Shown: positions 26,048 to 39,919, counted from the stretch's first letter. The stretch: DNA of 64,000 nucleotides from Hydrolagus affinis (GCA_012026655.1 JAAILG010000002.1:62001-126000), one strand, 5' to 3'. Program-made: numbers and translations. The notes: generated by a model from the sequence alone, not told the origin.

Positions 26048-27412
26048 TATAATACAGTAATAACCATATTTCAGAAGCAGCACAAAACAGGGATTTAGCA
26101 GTAGCAAGGTGGAATCCACAGAACTGAATTGCTGAAAATGGAGACTGAACTGGCTGCAAATCTGGATTTATTGGATGATTGTTGTAGCAATGATGCAAAC
26201 AAAACCAGAAAACAACACAATTACATTTGTATAGCGCTTTTCAAGTTGATAACTTTGGGGTTTAAAATGAGTTGGAACACAAATTGGCATTGCCAATGCA
26301 GTGTGAAATGAACCTACACAAACTAAACCAGCATAGACCTCAAGGGATATGCTTTTGCAAAAGCCTTCGGAACAAAACATTCTCCCCCAAACAAAACCCG
26401 CAAGACGTACGTGATGTAAATTGCCCTAAGTGTCGCAGTCTGAGGCACATTGGGCGTTAAGGATATCAAGCTTCAACACAACACAACACACTGTCAAACC
26501 AATGCTGTCTAGGGCCTTTCCTAAACATAACCGTCTATTGTCTGGCATAGTAATCCAAATATGCAAGGAATGCCCCTGGGCTTAAAGATTCAGCCTCCAT
26601 CATGTTTATCCATTGAACAGTGCAGATAGGCCAGTTGAAAAGACAGCACTTGTAATGATTTGCATATCTCGAATCCGTTGACATGTTATTCTTTAGGCTC
26701 TGCCTCAATGGTAGAATTTGCAACAATTCCAGAACCCTTCGCTGATTTGAGCAGAAATTGCATTCCGCAAATTTAGGCCAATCACATGTTTTAAAGACTT
26801 ACTTTCAGTCATCGTAGTATTAATAATGTTGATTACATTTTTCTGGTTGCTGATATTTTTAATATAAAATCACATGCAATAAATACATTTTAATCAAAGC
26901 ACACAGTGTGGATGTGGAATTTCACCGATTTCCCAGAGCTATATCAGCAATGTCAACCAGCAACAAACAGAGGCTCTGTCTCGACAATAATATTGCATTC
27001 AAACTCAGTATTTTGTGTAATCCCACTGTGTGGGTGGCACGACCAAGATATTTTTCAGGATTGGTTTAAAAGTTGGCAGTTTCCTTCTCATGTAAAATCT
27101 TGAAAAGTAGCCAGCGCTTTATTCCGATGGATTCAGAAATATTTCATCAAAACATTGATGGTTTTATAATTTAACCTGAAAATCACAATGTCACCCATAA
27201 AGAACGTCATGTAATTGCCAATCTTTCTATTGTCAATCGCACCGATATTGCACTGAAACTGGAAGCGGCAACAAAATTACACTTGTACAGTATAGGCCTT
27301 TCATCTGGAAACCTGTTTTACTGTCATTTGATAAGCAACTCATTTTAATATGCATAAACTCATCCTAAAAAAAAGATTGTATGACAAGCGCAACAATTGT
27401 AAAAAAAAATTA

Positions 27413-27900
27413 TTCATCACAACCAGGCTTGTCTATGCCAATGCCCACCCTGCTTGTCGGCCTTCCCAACTCTTCCCTCCACTAGCTGCAGATCATCCAA
27501 AACTCTATGGATTGTGTCCTCTCACGCACCAAGCTCTGTGACCCCATCATACCCACCCACTCATGCCTGGCTCCACTGGCTCTCCTTCCTTCGGAGGATC
27601 GAATTCAAAATTCTTGCCTTAACCTTCAAAGCCCTCCACGGTGTTGCCCCCCTCCTAACTCTCCGACCTGCTAACTAACCCCTTATCAACCTGTCCCCTT
27701 CCTTCGCTCAGTAGCTACTCTGCCTCCAACCTCTGGAATTCCATCCCACATTTCCTTTGCCTCCTTCAAGACACACCTCAAGACCCTCCTCTTCAACCCT
27801 GCCTTTGGTCACCCTCCCTGCCCCCTACTTCCCATCCTAATCTCTGACCGTTCAGCACCTTGGGACATCTTCCTGACATGACAGGCACTTTACAAATATA
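27413..27900 (+). mobile_element. L2 LINE 3' fragment (ORF2 C-terminus and 3' UTR), frameshifted
   Basis: Peptides FITTRLVYANA and WLHWL...RIEFKILALTFKALHG are typical of the L2 ORF2 end. Tail cagcaccttgggacatcttcctgacatgacaggcac. Confidence 0.9.
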
Positions 27901-28187
27901 ATCCAGTTTTTAAATCCTGTGCTGTACGATGTAAGCTTCATTAAATGAAAAGTGAAGAAGAACACTGAAACATTTAGTAACAACAGCCTGTAAAGTTAAA
28001 CCTCAAAATATACATTTGACTTAATACTGTACTTTCATTGTTACGGCTCTGCAAAAGGCAAATAAATAAAATCTAGTGGATTAGCAAGCAGATTTTTAAT
28101 ATGTATTGTATACTTCGGGGAGAAAATACAGCATATTGCTTTGTTGAATTATTGTTGGTTTCATTTATTTCACACAGGTACCCAGTA

Positions 28188-28333
28188 TTATCACACACGC
28201 CTGATAATAATCCCTCAAAAGAAAATTACAATCGTTTCAATCCACGACTGTTTGTGAGACACAGCTGTGTGCACTTTGTTGCAATAATTCGCCCACAAAA
28301 TATACAGTCAATTTACTTTGCAGCATATTCTGT
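28188..28333 (+). mobile_element. Internal fragment of tRNA-derived SINE
   Basis: cacacgcctgataataatccctc...ttcaatccacgactgtttgtgagac...cagcatattctgt. Confidence 0.85.
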
Positions 28334-31300
28334 ATTGTTGATGCTTCTCTTCAACGTCCCTATCTTCACGCCCAACTCTTATGCTTTGGCCGTCTTGTAG
28401 GAAAGTTCCATTTCCCTCTTTAATTTGAATCACTATTCACTTATAGCAAGTAAAGTCTTACGAGTATTTCTGCCCACCATAAAATGGGCAATTCTGTGAA
28501 ATCCATCCAGATTGGAGTTGAATTCTCTACCCAGATGGGCCTCAGCATTGTAAAGCCACAAGAGATTCATGAGCCACCAGTGATTTTAATTCACACTCAT
28601 GGAATAATTTAGGCACCTGCTTCCGCACAATCAATGAAATGACAGCTAACTGCTGCTTCTTTTCCAGATTTTCAGAGACAATATCATTCTCTAAAAGCTG
28701 TCGCCACAGTCCTGTTTACACCAGGTGCTTAGAACAACATTAATAAGAACGTGATCTGTTTTTGCTAACACAGGCCCGGCACGGAAGAGAATCGGCACTA
28801 ATCAGTTTCAGCTTATGAGTTCAGAAAGGCCCAATAATGAGGTTTGGTCGCTTTGTGTATTTAGGTCAAGTTGTCTGGGGGCAAACACTTTGACAACCGT
28901 TCCTGCTCAACTTTTAGACCTCGTAGATAAAGGAGGATTTCTCCTGCCGGGAATGCTTCAGTATCTTTTTGATATGATCCAGATTAATAATGAGTTGTCA
29001 CAGGCTAATGTTTACGTGAAGTTGCAGAGACAATTAATGGATATATTGATCCATTAAATCAAATATTGATCATTTCCCTTTTACACCATGGAATGCAACA
29101 GTTTTGTTTCAGTTGTTCGAAAGTTTAGAATGATGTTCACATTCCCACCAATTAGAATTAAATATGTGCACTAATCGATTCGCAAGTAGGTAGAGCAGAG
29201 AAAAATCTGTCAATAGTACTTTGTTGCAATTTCTAGCGTTCTGGTAAACAGAAAAGATTTTGTTGTGATACCAGTCAAACAAGCCAGATGGTTATTAATC
29301 CTCACTTAAATCCCTCCCTCCCCCCCACAAGACAACGCTGTCGCTTCACACCTCAGCAGTCCTTAACGCTTCATTTTTCAGTACCCTGAAGGAAAGCAAC
29401 CCATCATAACAGCTCCACTCCACAGCTCAGAAAAAAATACAAACTTGCATGTACATGACAAAGTTCTACAGCGTAACCTCTTCTCCCGATTGCTGGGGCT
29501 TGGGGCTACCTGTTAGACACGGAGCACAGATAAATCAATTGATGCTATCCTCACTTAAAATGGTCAGATACCAGCGGTTTCCTCATGATTCCTATTGTTT
29601 TCTGGATCTTAATCTGTACGGTGCTGAAACTCTCCTCAGAAACCAGATACTCAATACGAAAATTCTGGCGCAAATTAGAAAGGGTTGAATCCACACCATG
29701 TCATTTCTCCACAAATATAAGAATCGTGTTCTGCAGAACCTCTCGCCATGCAATTATCTGTTCCCGTGACTGCCTCCAGCCACAACTTGTGAATCTGTTG
29801 AAGGCACCAGGCAAAAGAAAATGTGGTGGAAAAGGGGAGGGGGGTGGCAACTTCAAGAGTATTGTGCCAATGCTGGCAACTTTGAGACATTCTGAAACAA
29901 TAATAAAACTGAAATAAAATACCTGAATACTGTAATAACAATTATTATTTTTTATTACATTATGAAATGTGTTTTTTTCTTGCAAATTTTAAAGGGCAAA
30001 TATTTTACATGCCGTGCAGAATGTAAAAACAAAACATTCAAAAACTGATAGAAAGAGCTTGGCAGCTTTGGTAGCCTGGAAACATGCAGCCAGGACCAAA
30101 GGCTCACTCTGGTGGCAGGCAGAATTCACAAGTATACTCCAAGGATATCAGTATCATTGCCTGCATAAAACATTTGGCAAGTGGGTGAATTTTTAATGCC
30201 AGCGCGAGGCAAGGAGCAATCTTTGAATGCAGTTTGTTACTGCAGAATGGCGGACAACCCAAAATAAAGCACAGTAGCAACAAAAATAATTCTTACATTT
30301 GATATACTGCCGGGAAGATGCCTCAATCTACTTCACAGGATACACTTTAAAGTGTGGGAACTATGTATTTTATAAGCAAGCAAGTAAGAAGAACTATAAT
30401 AATAAGTATGCTTAAGGCTCACTTGCGATCAGCACGTCAAGTGATTTCATGCAGAAGAATTAGAGTTGGCTGGATTTTCTTTGAAAAACTTCTATTAATG
30501 TGAGTAAATAAATGGAAAGTCACTGTCTTCTGGTATGCTCTGTGGACTCCTTTCATGACATTACAGTTCATGCTTGCAAACCTCTATTTTCTGATGGTAG
30601 AATGTGGCAGAATTGATTTCTCTAGGACAAATTAAACGTTAGTTCTGCATAGTTAGCTCTTATCCTTAAGCAAAAATCAACAACCTGAAAGCCAGTTGAT
30701 TTCACCAGAATTCATCCAATATGATTGCTTATCCCCAACGCCCACCAATCCAGTTTCTCTAATACTTTGGGTTGGCTATTGTGATTCATGTAAAACAGAT
30801 CTACTTTGTTATTGTGCTCGGGCCTACAGGTATTGAACTGACAACAATTATCATGAGCTATAGCACAAATGAACAAGACAGATAGTGGCTCTTCTGAGCT
30901 CTGGCCACTTCATTCACATAAGTAAAATATCGTGCTCACTTGCCATCAGAGTCCAATTCCTCCACTTTTAATGAGAATACTGTAGTTACAAATGCTTCAA
31001 TAATCCCTGGTGCGTCACATCACTTACTTCTTGTGCCCCTTTAGAGGTAAGTCAATTTTATAAATCCACATTGAAATACGGAATTTATCATTGCGTGAAG
31101 GGGTAGGGGTAAGAGAGAGGGAGGCTTGTCAGTCCCATATTAATCCTAACTTATCATCAAGATATCAACAGATCAAATCATGCAAACAACTTATTAAAAC
31201 TGCTGTCTCTGACAGTAATAGCAAAGTGCTGACTGTATCTCTCCTACAACACAGCTCAGATGCCTTTGAATATTGCGAGTGGGCTGCTGATTAGATAAAG

Positions 31301-32609
31301 AGCAATGAATTATAATTATGACTTGGGAGTCCACTCAACTATATGAACGTAGCACTTCAATTGAAAATCATAGCATGGCTTGTCTTCTTGTCGATAGATA
31401 TGAACCCCTCTTACTTCATGTCGTAACTGGCCTCCAAACATTGCATGTGTATTGTACCCTGGATTTACATGGAGATCTTCACATAAAGAACCACGTCAAA
31501 GCTCTTGGCAAATGTAGTTGTGAGCACCAACAGGGTTGATGGAGATGAAACGTGTGGGGGAGCAATACATTTAGCATTTTGGGAACATGCGGACAAACAA
31601 AGAATGTGCATTTTAACCACTTACACTAATGGTTCCAGATTTTCACACAGTTTAATTTAATGATAAAAATTAGTCCATGTATTTCCAAACAAAAACCCTC
31701 CAGATTTCCTGAATATTAACCCCATTAAACTTTACATTAAAGTAGGCCAGCAAATCAACTTTCTTCGCAAGGGGCCTCCATTAAGATACAAAGGCAGCTT
31801 CTTACGATCGGCAAATATTTCGGTGGCAGAGGTTGAAAATCAAATTTCTTTGGATGCATTCAAGCTCCTTGCCATGTACCATATTTCAGATGTAATCACG
31901 TCCCCTACAATAAAAAACTCTACGGAGCTCTTCCCTTGAGCATGACATTGGCCTTTGCCCTATCAGGAAGGTTGCAGAATTATTGCGAATTAATACTGAA
32001 TTTGATAGGTTTGTATTGTTGAATACAGCTCCAATGGGAACTGAAATGAAACTGCTCAGATTGATTTATTTTGAAATGTGGCCATATCACATTCAAAGAT
32101 CTTTCTATTATTTCGAGTGAAGATCTCAAATGGGGTATTAAACCAAAAAAGTCATACTCTCAAGTGCTGCCTATTTTATATCCTCCACGAGAACTGTTTA
32201 ACTCCTGCTTTCAGAGCCTAACTTGTCATTTTCTTAGGATGAAAAATACCTTCATTATATTTGTTATTTCAGTGTATTGCCTTGTGCAGCGTAGAACAGT
32301 TACAAAGAGAGGATGATATGAATGCACCAATATCTTTAAACCAGCTGGAAATGCGATGGTACAGGAATGGAATTGACTTGTTAACTTTAGCTGTGTATGA
32401 TTGACAGAAAGAGATCATCAGAGGTTGTGAGAAACATCATTGTTCCTGAGCTGCTGAGATTTTCTTGCGACTATGAAGTTATCCTTCATGAAGTGCACAC
32501 TATAAATGCAGGTTGTATTCTGGTGTTCAGCTTATTTTTTTCCGAGGGAAAGTAGAAACAAGGGGTAAAGCTTTGTAGAATTCTCCGGGGTCAGACTAAA
32601 TTGATGAAG

Positions 32610-32910
32610 TAATAATAATATCTTTGGATTTGATAATTAAGCACGTTATCATTCTGTCAAATGTCTTAAAAGTGCTCCACAGGATTTTCTGTGAAGTGCA
32701 CAAAATGTATATTTGTAGACAAGTGAGGCAACCAATTTGCCCACAGCAACTATCCCACAAACCACCATGAAGTGATTAACCAATTTTATCTGAGGGATTG
32801 TTGGCCAGGACACTGGCAAAAACTCTCAGTGTTGCACCACAGTCATATCTTACACTATGAGCTCTAAGCCTTGAAGTGGGTCTTGAACCCACAATGATCT
32901 GACTCAACAA
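32610..32910 (-). mobile_element. Old SacSINE1-like SINE with an internally deleted core
   Basis: Reverse complement of tail and body, then tgagggattgttggccaggacactgg, then head gtgggtcttgaacccacaatgatctgactca. Confidence 0.6.
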
Positions 32911-33327
32911 GAAATTACATTTCATGTCAGAAGGGCGTCTCAAGGCATGATTCAAAGACCAAATTGTGACTGACTGAACAAGATTGACACCTGTAGAGTG
33001 CAAGATAAGGAATTGTACATAGTCTCTGGCAGGGAAAGCTGTGGCAAAGAACAGGCATCATGAGATATATTGGAGAGTCTTACATATGTTGATTTTTAAC
33101 AGGGTTCTTCATTAAGGAATTTGAGTGAAGATTCCTTCTGGTAACCAGAGACCCATTGTGTCCATACTTAGGAATTAGATAGTTTTGGAAAGAGAATTTC
33201 CATTGGGCTGGTGTGAGGTATATAATTCTGGTTTCCTTCTCGAGCAATCCTGTGAAAGACTAATCTATAGTAAATCTTGGACTTCCTTCCAAACGGGTAA
33301 TGATAAGGTCTTGTATTTGATGAAAAA

Positions 33328-33392
33328 AACAACAAAAATTGCATTTGTGTAGCGCCTTTCACGTCGGGAGGACATCCCAAAGCGCTGAATAA
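33328..33392 (-). mobile_element. Very short L2 3' tail
   Basis: aacaacaaaaattgcatttgtgtagcgcctttcacgtcgggaggacatcccaaagcgctgaa. Confidence 0.75.
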
Positions 33393-33529
33393 ATATGAAA
33401 AGAATTTATCTTCTTACAAACCATAGTAGCGTTTCTGCACAAAGTACAAGAAGAATAATTTAATTTTACACCCACAGACTACAGTGACTGTACCAGATTT
33501 CTTTAAATTGGGATTTAGGGTTCACAGAA

Positions 33530-33870
33530 TACTAAGTGTCAGTCTAGGCTTAAACTCCAGTACAGTACTGGGGTGTGTTGTATTGCTAGAGGTCTCATCC
33601 GTCAGACGAGACGTTAAACCAAGGTCACGTTTGCCTTTTCAGGCAGACGCTAAAGATCCCATGACACAATTCAAAAAGAGAAAGGAATTTCTCTGTGTAA
33701 CATGGGACAATTCCCCGGATAAAATTGGCCATTCATTTTGTGGTCGGTTGTGAGACATTGCAACGTACAAATTTGCCGCTGTGTTCATCTACAGTTATTA
33801 CACTTTCTCGTAAATCCGCTTTGTGAACCGCTTTGAGATGACCCACCATGAAAGGAGCCATAAGAAATAT
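33530..33870 (+). mobile_element. Deu-domain SINE (core to tail)
   Basis: ctccagtacagtactgggg...cgtcagacgagacgttaaaccaagg...aagatcccatgacac...ttgtgaaccgctttgagatg...tgaaagg. Confidence 0.8.
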
Positions 33871-36800
33871 TGAAAGAGTTAAATGTGCTTTTCTTCAACA
33901 TTCTGGTATATCAAGTAGAGATTGATAGAGCATGAAGGGTGCATTCTCTATGAAGCTGAAGGATGAAGATTTAAATCCCAGCATTGTGCAGAATTGCTTT
34001 TTCATTAAAAGTAAAAATCCATCCTGTACACATCAAGAAAAAAAATACTGTCTAGAGAATCACCATCACGATCAGCACAAACAGATATCTGGCTGCCCAC
34101 TGAGAGCAACTGCAACTAGCAAGATTTTAAATGATATTGCATTGTAATTCGAGTGGATAACTCTAATGCCAGTCAATATAATTCATGCTTCAGAAATAAA
34201 TACCGCATTCAAACATATTTTGTTTTAGGGAAGATAAATGGTTGGATTAACTTTCTTAACAGAGAAGTACAGTTTGCCCAAATGTATCAGAGCGGTGCAG
34301 TTGTACAGTTATCCCGATTACAACTGATATCATACGTGGGGTCAATATCATTCTGAAGAAACAAGGCTTATGAAAATCCTGCTGCATTAATCCTTTTACG
34401 AGCCTCAGAAATCAAATAACTTCCTGCAGAGTGCCTGGAACCTTGTGAGGAACATTGCCATTGGGAAAGAAGGTGTAGATTAAGGGGACAATGTGCTGCG
34501 AAAAATAATCCTTTGAATCAACAAGAGCACGAGGTGCACAATAGCTTTCAACACCAAGGAAGAATGTGGAGCAAACTCTCGCCCAATCAATCACATCAAG
34601 GAAAAACACTGACAGACAATTTGTCCACACTCTACTTTTATTAATGTAGATCAGATATTTATCGCCAAACTGAATGCCTTTGGAATTCTTACCTTTAGTC
34701 TAATTAGTTTAAAACCCATTACTGCGGTCAGAAAATCTATTGCATGTACATTGAAGTGTTCAAACAATATTTCTTATCACCGTGGCTTACCTCTCCTACA
34801 ACACTCCCTTCAGTCTCAAACAATCACATTTGAGGTTTTAAATTTGTCTTGACATGATGGACACACACGTACATATACATCAATAAACTCCTAAAATAAT
34901 AATTCAAATAGACAGAGGCTGCTGGAGATGAATATTGGTAAGGTTGTATGAGTTTGGTTCACCCTTAAATGCTGTGTTTTATTAGCTTTTCGAAATTAAT
35001 TATGTTAAGAATGTATAATTAATTTCAAGTTAATGATTTAGAAGTCTGTGAAAAATTACTGCGCGAGTGATATCAAGACTCAGGAGCACATGATTTTCCA
35101 CAGCAGCAAATCATTAAAAAAAATTACAATTATACTTAATCGGGTCACTTTCTGCATAACTGCACATTTAACACAGCAGGTTTGGGTGGGGTGAAGATGT
35201 AACACACGTTTGTATAGGTCATAAAAGTGAGAAATAAGTGCCAGGATGTAACAGTACATTTGCCAATGGGAAACAGTTTTCATATTAAATAACAATAACG
35301 AGAGAACCAGCCAGCGATAAGTCTCGGAAGGATAGACATGTCACAAAAACTGACCCTCATGGCGGCCAGAAAGCACAGGAAGGGATCAGAGATTGCCTTG
35401 AGTGTCGGTAGGGATATCACTGACTTCCTATCGCCTGATGCACGCTCCAACAACTCTGGTTCAGCCTTTATACAGGTGACGGGGCTCAATGTGACGACAC
35501 TGCCTGGGAGAGTTTCGCGTTCGAACATGATAGCAAGTGAAGCTTCACAAATGGCATTCTATGAAGATTCAAGAGAACAAATAAAATAATTCCGTTATTT
35601 TAACCACACGTTTGCGTTGGGTGGGTTTATTCATCTGAGCTCCTTTGAGTTGCTGGGATCATGGCTGATCGGAAAATTCAGCAGTCGTGATGCCATCAGA
35701 ATTTGCATTAACAAAGTCATCAAATGACGTGGAACCATCTTTGACGCCATCAAGCAAATGCTTGGGGAGGTCTGGGCTATTGGGTGGCTTAAACCGCTAG
35801 ATCTGATTTCTAGTCAATCCAACCGGTTTTTCTTTTTTTGTGAAAAAAGAACCTAAATGAAACCTCCAAAACTGCATGGAATACGCAGGGAAACGTAAAA
35901 CTAGTTAGGGAAATAGAAGATACAGACAAAAGGGGAGACTCGAGAATTGGAGGCACAAAAAGGTACGTTATCCAGGATAAAACACCCTCAGTTATTGTAA
36001 ATAAAGGATTCTTCAGCATAAATCACTTTGATACAAATTTGACAGTCTTCAAGGAATCTCTCTTCCTAATATTTGGCAATGACACAAATCTTTCCGCGTC
36101 TCCCTTTACGTTCACTTTGTGAAATACAAAATATTTTTAGGCACTTTGTTGAAATAATCTCTGCATTTGTTCATAATACTGATATAGCCTTGTTCGAGGG
36201 TGGGATTGGGGGCAAGGCACCATAGGGTTAATATCCCAATATGAATCTAGCCGGATGACGAGAGGGTGAGTTATAGTGAGGCTCATAAGTGGAGACATTT
36301 GTTCCATCAAACAAATGAGAACTTTGTCACTGGGAGACTGCACTGTTTGCCTGCACTGACATGACTCCACACAATTGTTATCAATGCACAGAATAAAGCT
36401 CACCCACATAGCCATATATTATACTTGTCGTGATGGAATGACTGTTAACTGATCATACGATTTGAATAAGATTTATGTTGTCATGTTACATGCTTTTGAA
36501 AAACAATTGTCATCTTCAAGACAAATGCCTTCTCTTGGGGGTGGGATGGGTGGGGTGGGGGGGGAAGAAAAATTCATTGACTTTGTATCACTAAATTCAG
36601 TCTCTGCCCCCAATAGCTTGTATCAATCAGTCAGTCCAAGATATTTTTGCACATTTCTTGAAACCTTCGAGCCTGATAATATAGTTTCTTTCCATATTAT
36701 CGAGGAACAAAAAGTTTCTGAAAATAAGATTCATCCAAGGACATTTCTGTAATCAAATCTGTCCACGAAACTGCTAAAAGTAGCAAAGTGACCAAAGGGT

Positions 36801-37289
36801 GAAATCTTTCTCTCACTCACTCCCACCCAACACCCACTTCCCACCCCATTCCATCCCCAATTCACCACTACCAGTTAGTGTTCTAATGGCTATTCACTCT
36901 TGTTTCCAACCCAAAATTTGTCCATTTAGAAAAAAAACCAGACATCCAGGATATTTAATATATTATAAATATGTATATATATATATAATATAATATGTAT
37001 ATATCTCTAATACAATATGTAGGTACCTCATTGTTAAAATTCAGACGCAAAAAACATCATTTTGTATGGCAGGCTTAATTCAAAGATCAACTTCAAATAA
37101 TTCTGAATTTTTACTTTGTCCTATTTCAATTCCAGCAATTCCTGACCAAAGGAGTTGGGAATCAATGAAACCGACGAATGCAAAGGAATCACAACACAAG
37201 AGATATACAGTATATATACTACAGTGCTAAGATTTCTTCTTGTTTTTTTTTACAATATATGCTTTACAAGCAATAGCAATTCCTTGACA

Positions 37290-37662
37290 CACAAACACGC
37301 ACGCAACACACACACACACAGAGTGGAGTGAACAGTTTATCAGAGGTAAAGTTTTCATAGGTGAAAATTATGAAACTAACAATTTGCATGTACAGTACTG
37401 GAGTACCAGCAGAACGGTGACATGGAAATAAATGAAAGTCTGTGTTTCAAAATAATGAATCAGTGTAACTACACACATCACATATATAGACAGGCACAGT
37501 TTAAAACGATAAGAATTCTGCAAAAAGAAAAGGAAGGGAGAGGCGATGGGAGGGGGGGTGGGGGTTGGAAAATGTACTGGAATTGTGTACATCAATGTAC
37601 AGTATAGCACACCCCAAAAACTAGTGGTCGCCAAACGCAAGGGAAAGAAAGAATGAGAAAGA

Positions 37663-37694
<32 letters not shown>

Positions 37695-37782
37695 ACAGCG
37701 AAGCGTTCTGCAGAGACGGCTTTGCTTTACAGTACAGTACTTGCTGAGATCCCAAATTCTGAAAGCAAATCGACTGCATAGA

Positions 37783-37816
<34 letters not shown>

Positions 37817-39210
37817 TCACACACATAACTCACACACACACACACACAGAAGGTTCATCTCCCATTCCCATCGATTAAAAAAAAAGACAGAACACTGATA
37901 ACCTGGTCACATAATAATAATATGATTTTTTTTTTTAAAAAGTACAGAAGGGAAGTTTGATTAAAGCTAAGGAGAGAGGGAGGGTTTACACATGTACAAT
38001 GATTAAGGTTAATTGCCATTTGCGAGAAGAGAACCTTTTCTTCCCCCCTCCTTTTTGCAGTGGTTCCTGCAAAGTAAAGGGTGGGGGGAGGCAAAGGGAT
38101 ATATTGACTAAAATATCAAGCTCTACCTTCAAATGGGGGTGGGGTGGGGGGAGAGACAGAGCCAGAAAGAGAGAGACAGAGAGAAAGCTTTTTTTCTCTC
38201 TCTCTCTCTCTGCTTCCCTCTCTCTCCCCACCATCAACACACAGTGATTTGCTTTCTTACCTCTCAGCAAGTGCTGGCCTTCAGATATACTCCTGGTGGC
38301 AATAAAGGCTGTATATGTATCTTCTGAAAATCCATCCCTACAAGAGGAAACAAGCTCTTCTGATTCCGTTGCTGCTGGCTGCCAGGATGAAGCAGAGAGA
38401 GAGAGAAAAAAATCCCATTTAAACTTATTTGCTGCTTCAACTAAGATCTTTCTCTCCTTCCCCCCACCCTTTCTTTCTCTCTCCCTTCTCCCCCCTATTT
38501 CTGTATTAATATAATATAGATATATATATATATATACACACATTAACAATCTCCCCCACTCCCTCCATCCCTCCTTCCCACCCCCACCCTCCCTGCACAG
38601 ACAAGCAGAACATACTCAAAACGATTTGCAGAGGAAAAAGATACAAGAATAATAATACATTAGCTAGTCACTCCTTGTGCAATGCCATATAATGCAATTA
38701 TACAGTCTAGGCTTTAACAATTAAGTATCTCTTCGGCTCGCAAAGCCTCTCACACACACACACACACACACACAGACACACTCTCTCTTTCTCCCTCTCC
38801 ATCTATCATATCTATCTATCTATCTATCGGTCCATCCAACAAGCAATAAATACAGTTACAGTCACAGCGATCGCCCGCAATTAAACAAGAATAATATAGG
38901 TCTCTGTCTCTCTGTCTCTCACCCGAATAGTAGAAAGAAGCAAAGCGATGGGAAGGCTGGAACCTGGGACCAGCATTCTGCCAACTGCACCCTCACCCTC
39001 TCTCTCTCTCTCCCTCCCACACTCACCCCCCCCCCCACCCCCTCCCACACACCCCCACCACCAAAAGAAAGTCGCACAAAGTTTTTTTTCTTATATAATA
39101 ATAGGTCAAATCAAAATCTCTCTCTCCCTCTCTTTCTGTCCTTTTTTTTTCTCTTATAGTGCTGATGTAAGTATAGAGAGAGAGGGAGGGAGGAGAGGCA
39201 GGGAGGGAAC
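37290..39210. repeat. Dense cluster of simple repeats: (CA)n, (TG)n, (GA/TC)n, (TA)n, (TATC)n and poly-C/G
   Basis: For example 37305-37320, 37663-37693, 37783-37847, 38196-38226, 38512-38541, 38750-38827, 38998-39060. Confidence 0.9.
38261..38337 (-). CDS. Putative 77-bp coding exon of an unidentified gene (V)DGFSEDTYTAFIATRSISEGQHLLR
   Basis: Minus-strand acceptor cttgtttcctcttgtAG|GGATGG and donor GAGAG|GTAAGA. Only one frame is open, and it is the frame required by the phase-2 end of the upstream exon. Confidence 0.5.
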
Positions 39211-39289
39211 AGTGCTTAGAGAGAGCTTGTTGTCTGTGCTGAGCTCTCTGTGCTGTGTTCTCTCTCCTCTAGACTCTTGTGTCACTTAC

Positions 39290-39368
39290 ACGCTGCAGGT
39301 GCTCAAGTACCTCTCCACCAACTGCGGCATCAACACGTCAGCAGCTCCCTCCCATAGGAGCTGATAGA
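39290..39368 (-). CDS. Putative exon whose 5' end lies in the assembly gap: YQLLWEGAADVLMPQLVERYLSTCS(V)
   Basis: GC-rich complex island among microsatellites, ending at donor AGCGT|GTAAGT (39289-39284). A single frame is open; in-frame ATG at 39330. Confidence 0.45.
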
Positions 39369-39503
39369 NNNNNNNNNNNNNNNNNNNNNNNNNNNNNNNN
39401 NNNNNNNNNNNNNNNNNNNNNNNNNNNNNNNNNNNNNNNNNNNNNNNNNNNNNNNNNNNNNNNNNNNNNNNNNNNNNNNNNNNNNNNNNNNNNNNNNNNN
39501 NNN
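39369..39503. other. Assembly gap (135 N)
   Basis: Run of N. Confidence 1.
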
Positions 39504-39576
39504 CTCTCCCTCTTCTCTCCCTCCCTCCCTCCCTCACTCACTCACTCCCAATACTTTTTCCTCAATGAGCATTTTC

Positions 39577-39919
39577 GAGCTCCCATAGCTCGGTGGTCAG
39601 AGTACGCACGCCTTGCAAGCGTGGGACCTGTGTTTCGAACGCAGGCAGCTCAGGGGCGAAACATTAGCGCAAGTTTCCTTGCTCCACACATACACGCACA
39701 CATACAATAATAATCCGTCCCCCAAAAAACCCCACAATAATAAAAATTGGTCATTTCAATCCACGACTGTTTGTGGGGGACGCCGCTGTGCGCAATTGGC
39801 TGCTGCGTTTCGCCCACAAATATACAGTCAATTCACTTTACAAGTATAATCTGTGAAGCGCTTTGAGACGTCTAGAAGAGGTGAAAAGCGCTATATCAAA
39901 TGCAAGGATTATTATTATA
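39577..39919 (+). mobile_element. Full-length tRNA-derived SINE (divergent head)
   Basis: tagctcggtggtcagag...cacgccttgcaagcgtg...gtttcgaac head, well-conserved body and (ATT)n tail. Confidence 0.9.

Noticed and set aside
39273-39364. Plus-strand acceptor (ctctcctctAG) giving DSCVTYTLQVLKYLSTNCGINTSAAPSHRS*
   Set aside because: The pyrimidine tract is part of local CT repeats and no partner exon was found. The minus-strand interpretation has matching donor, acceptor and phase.
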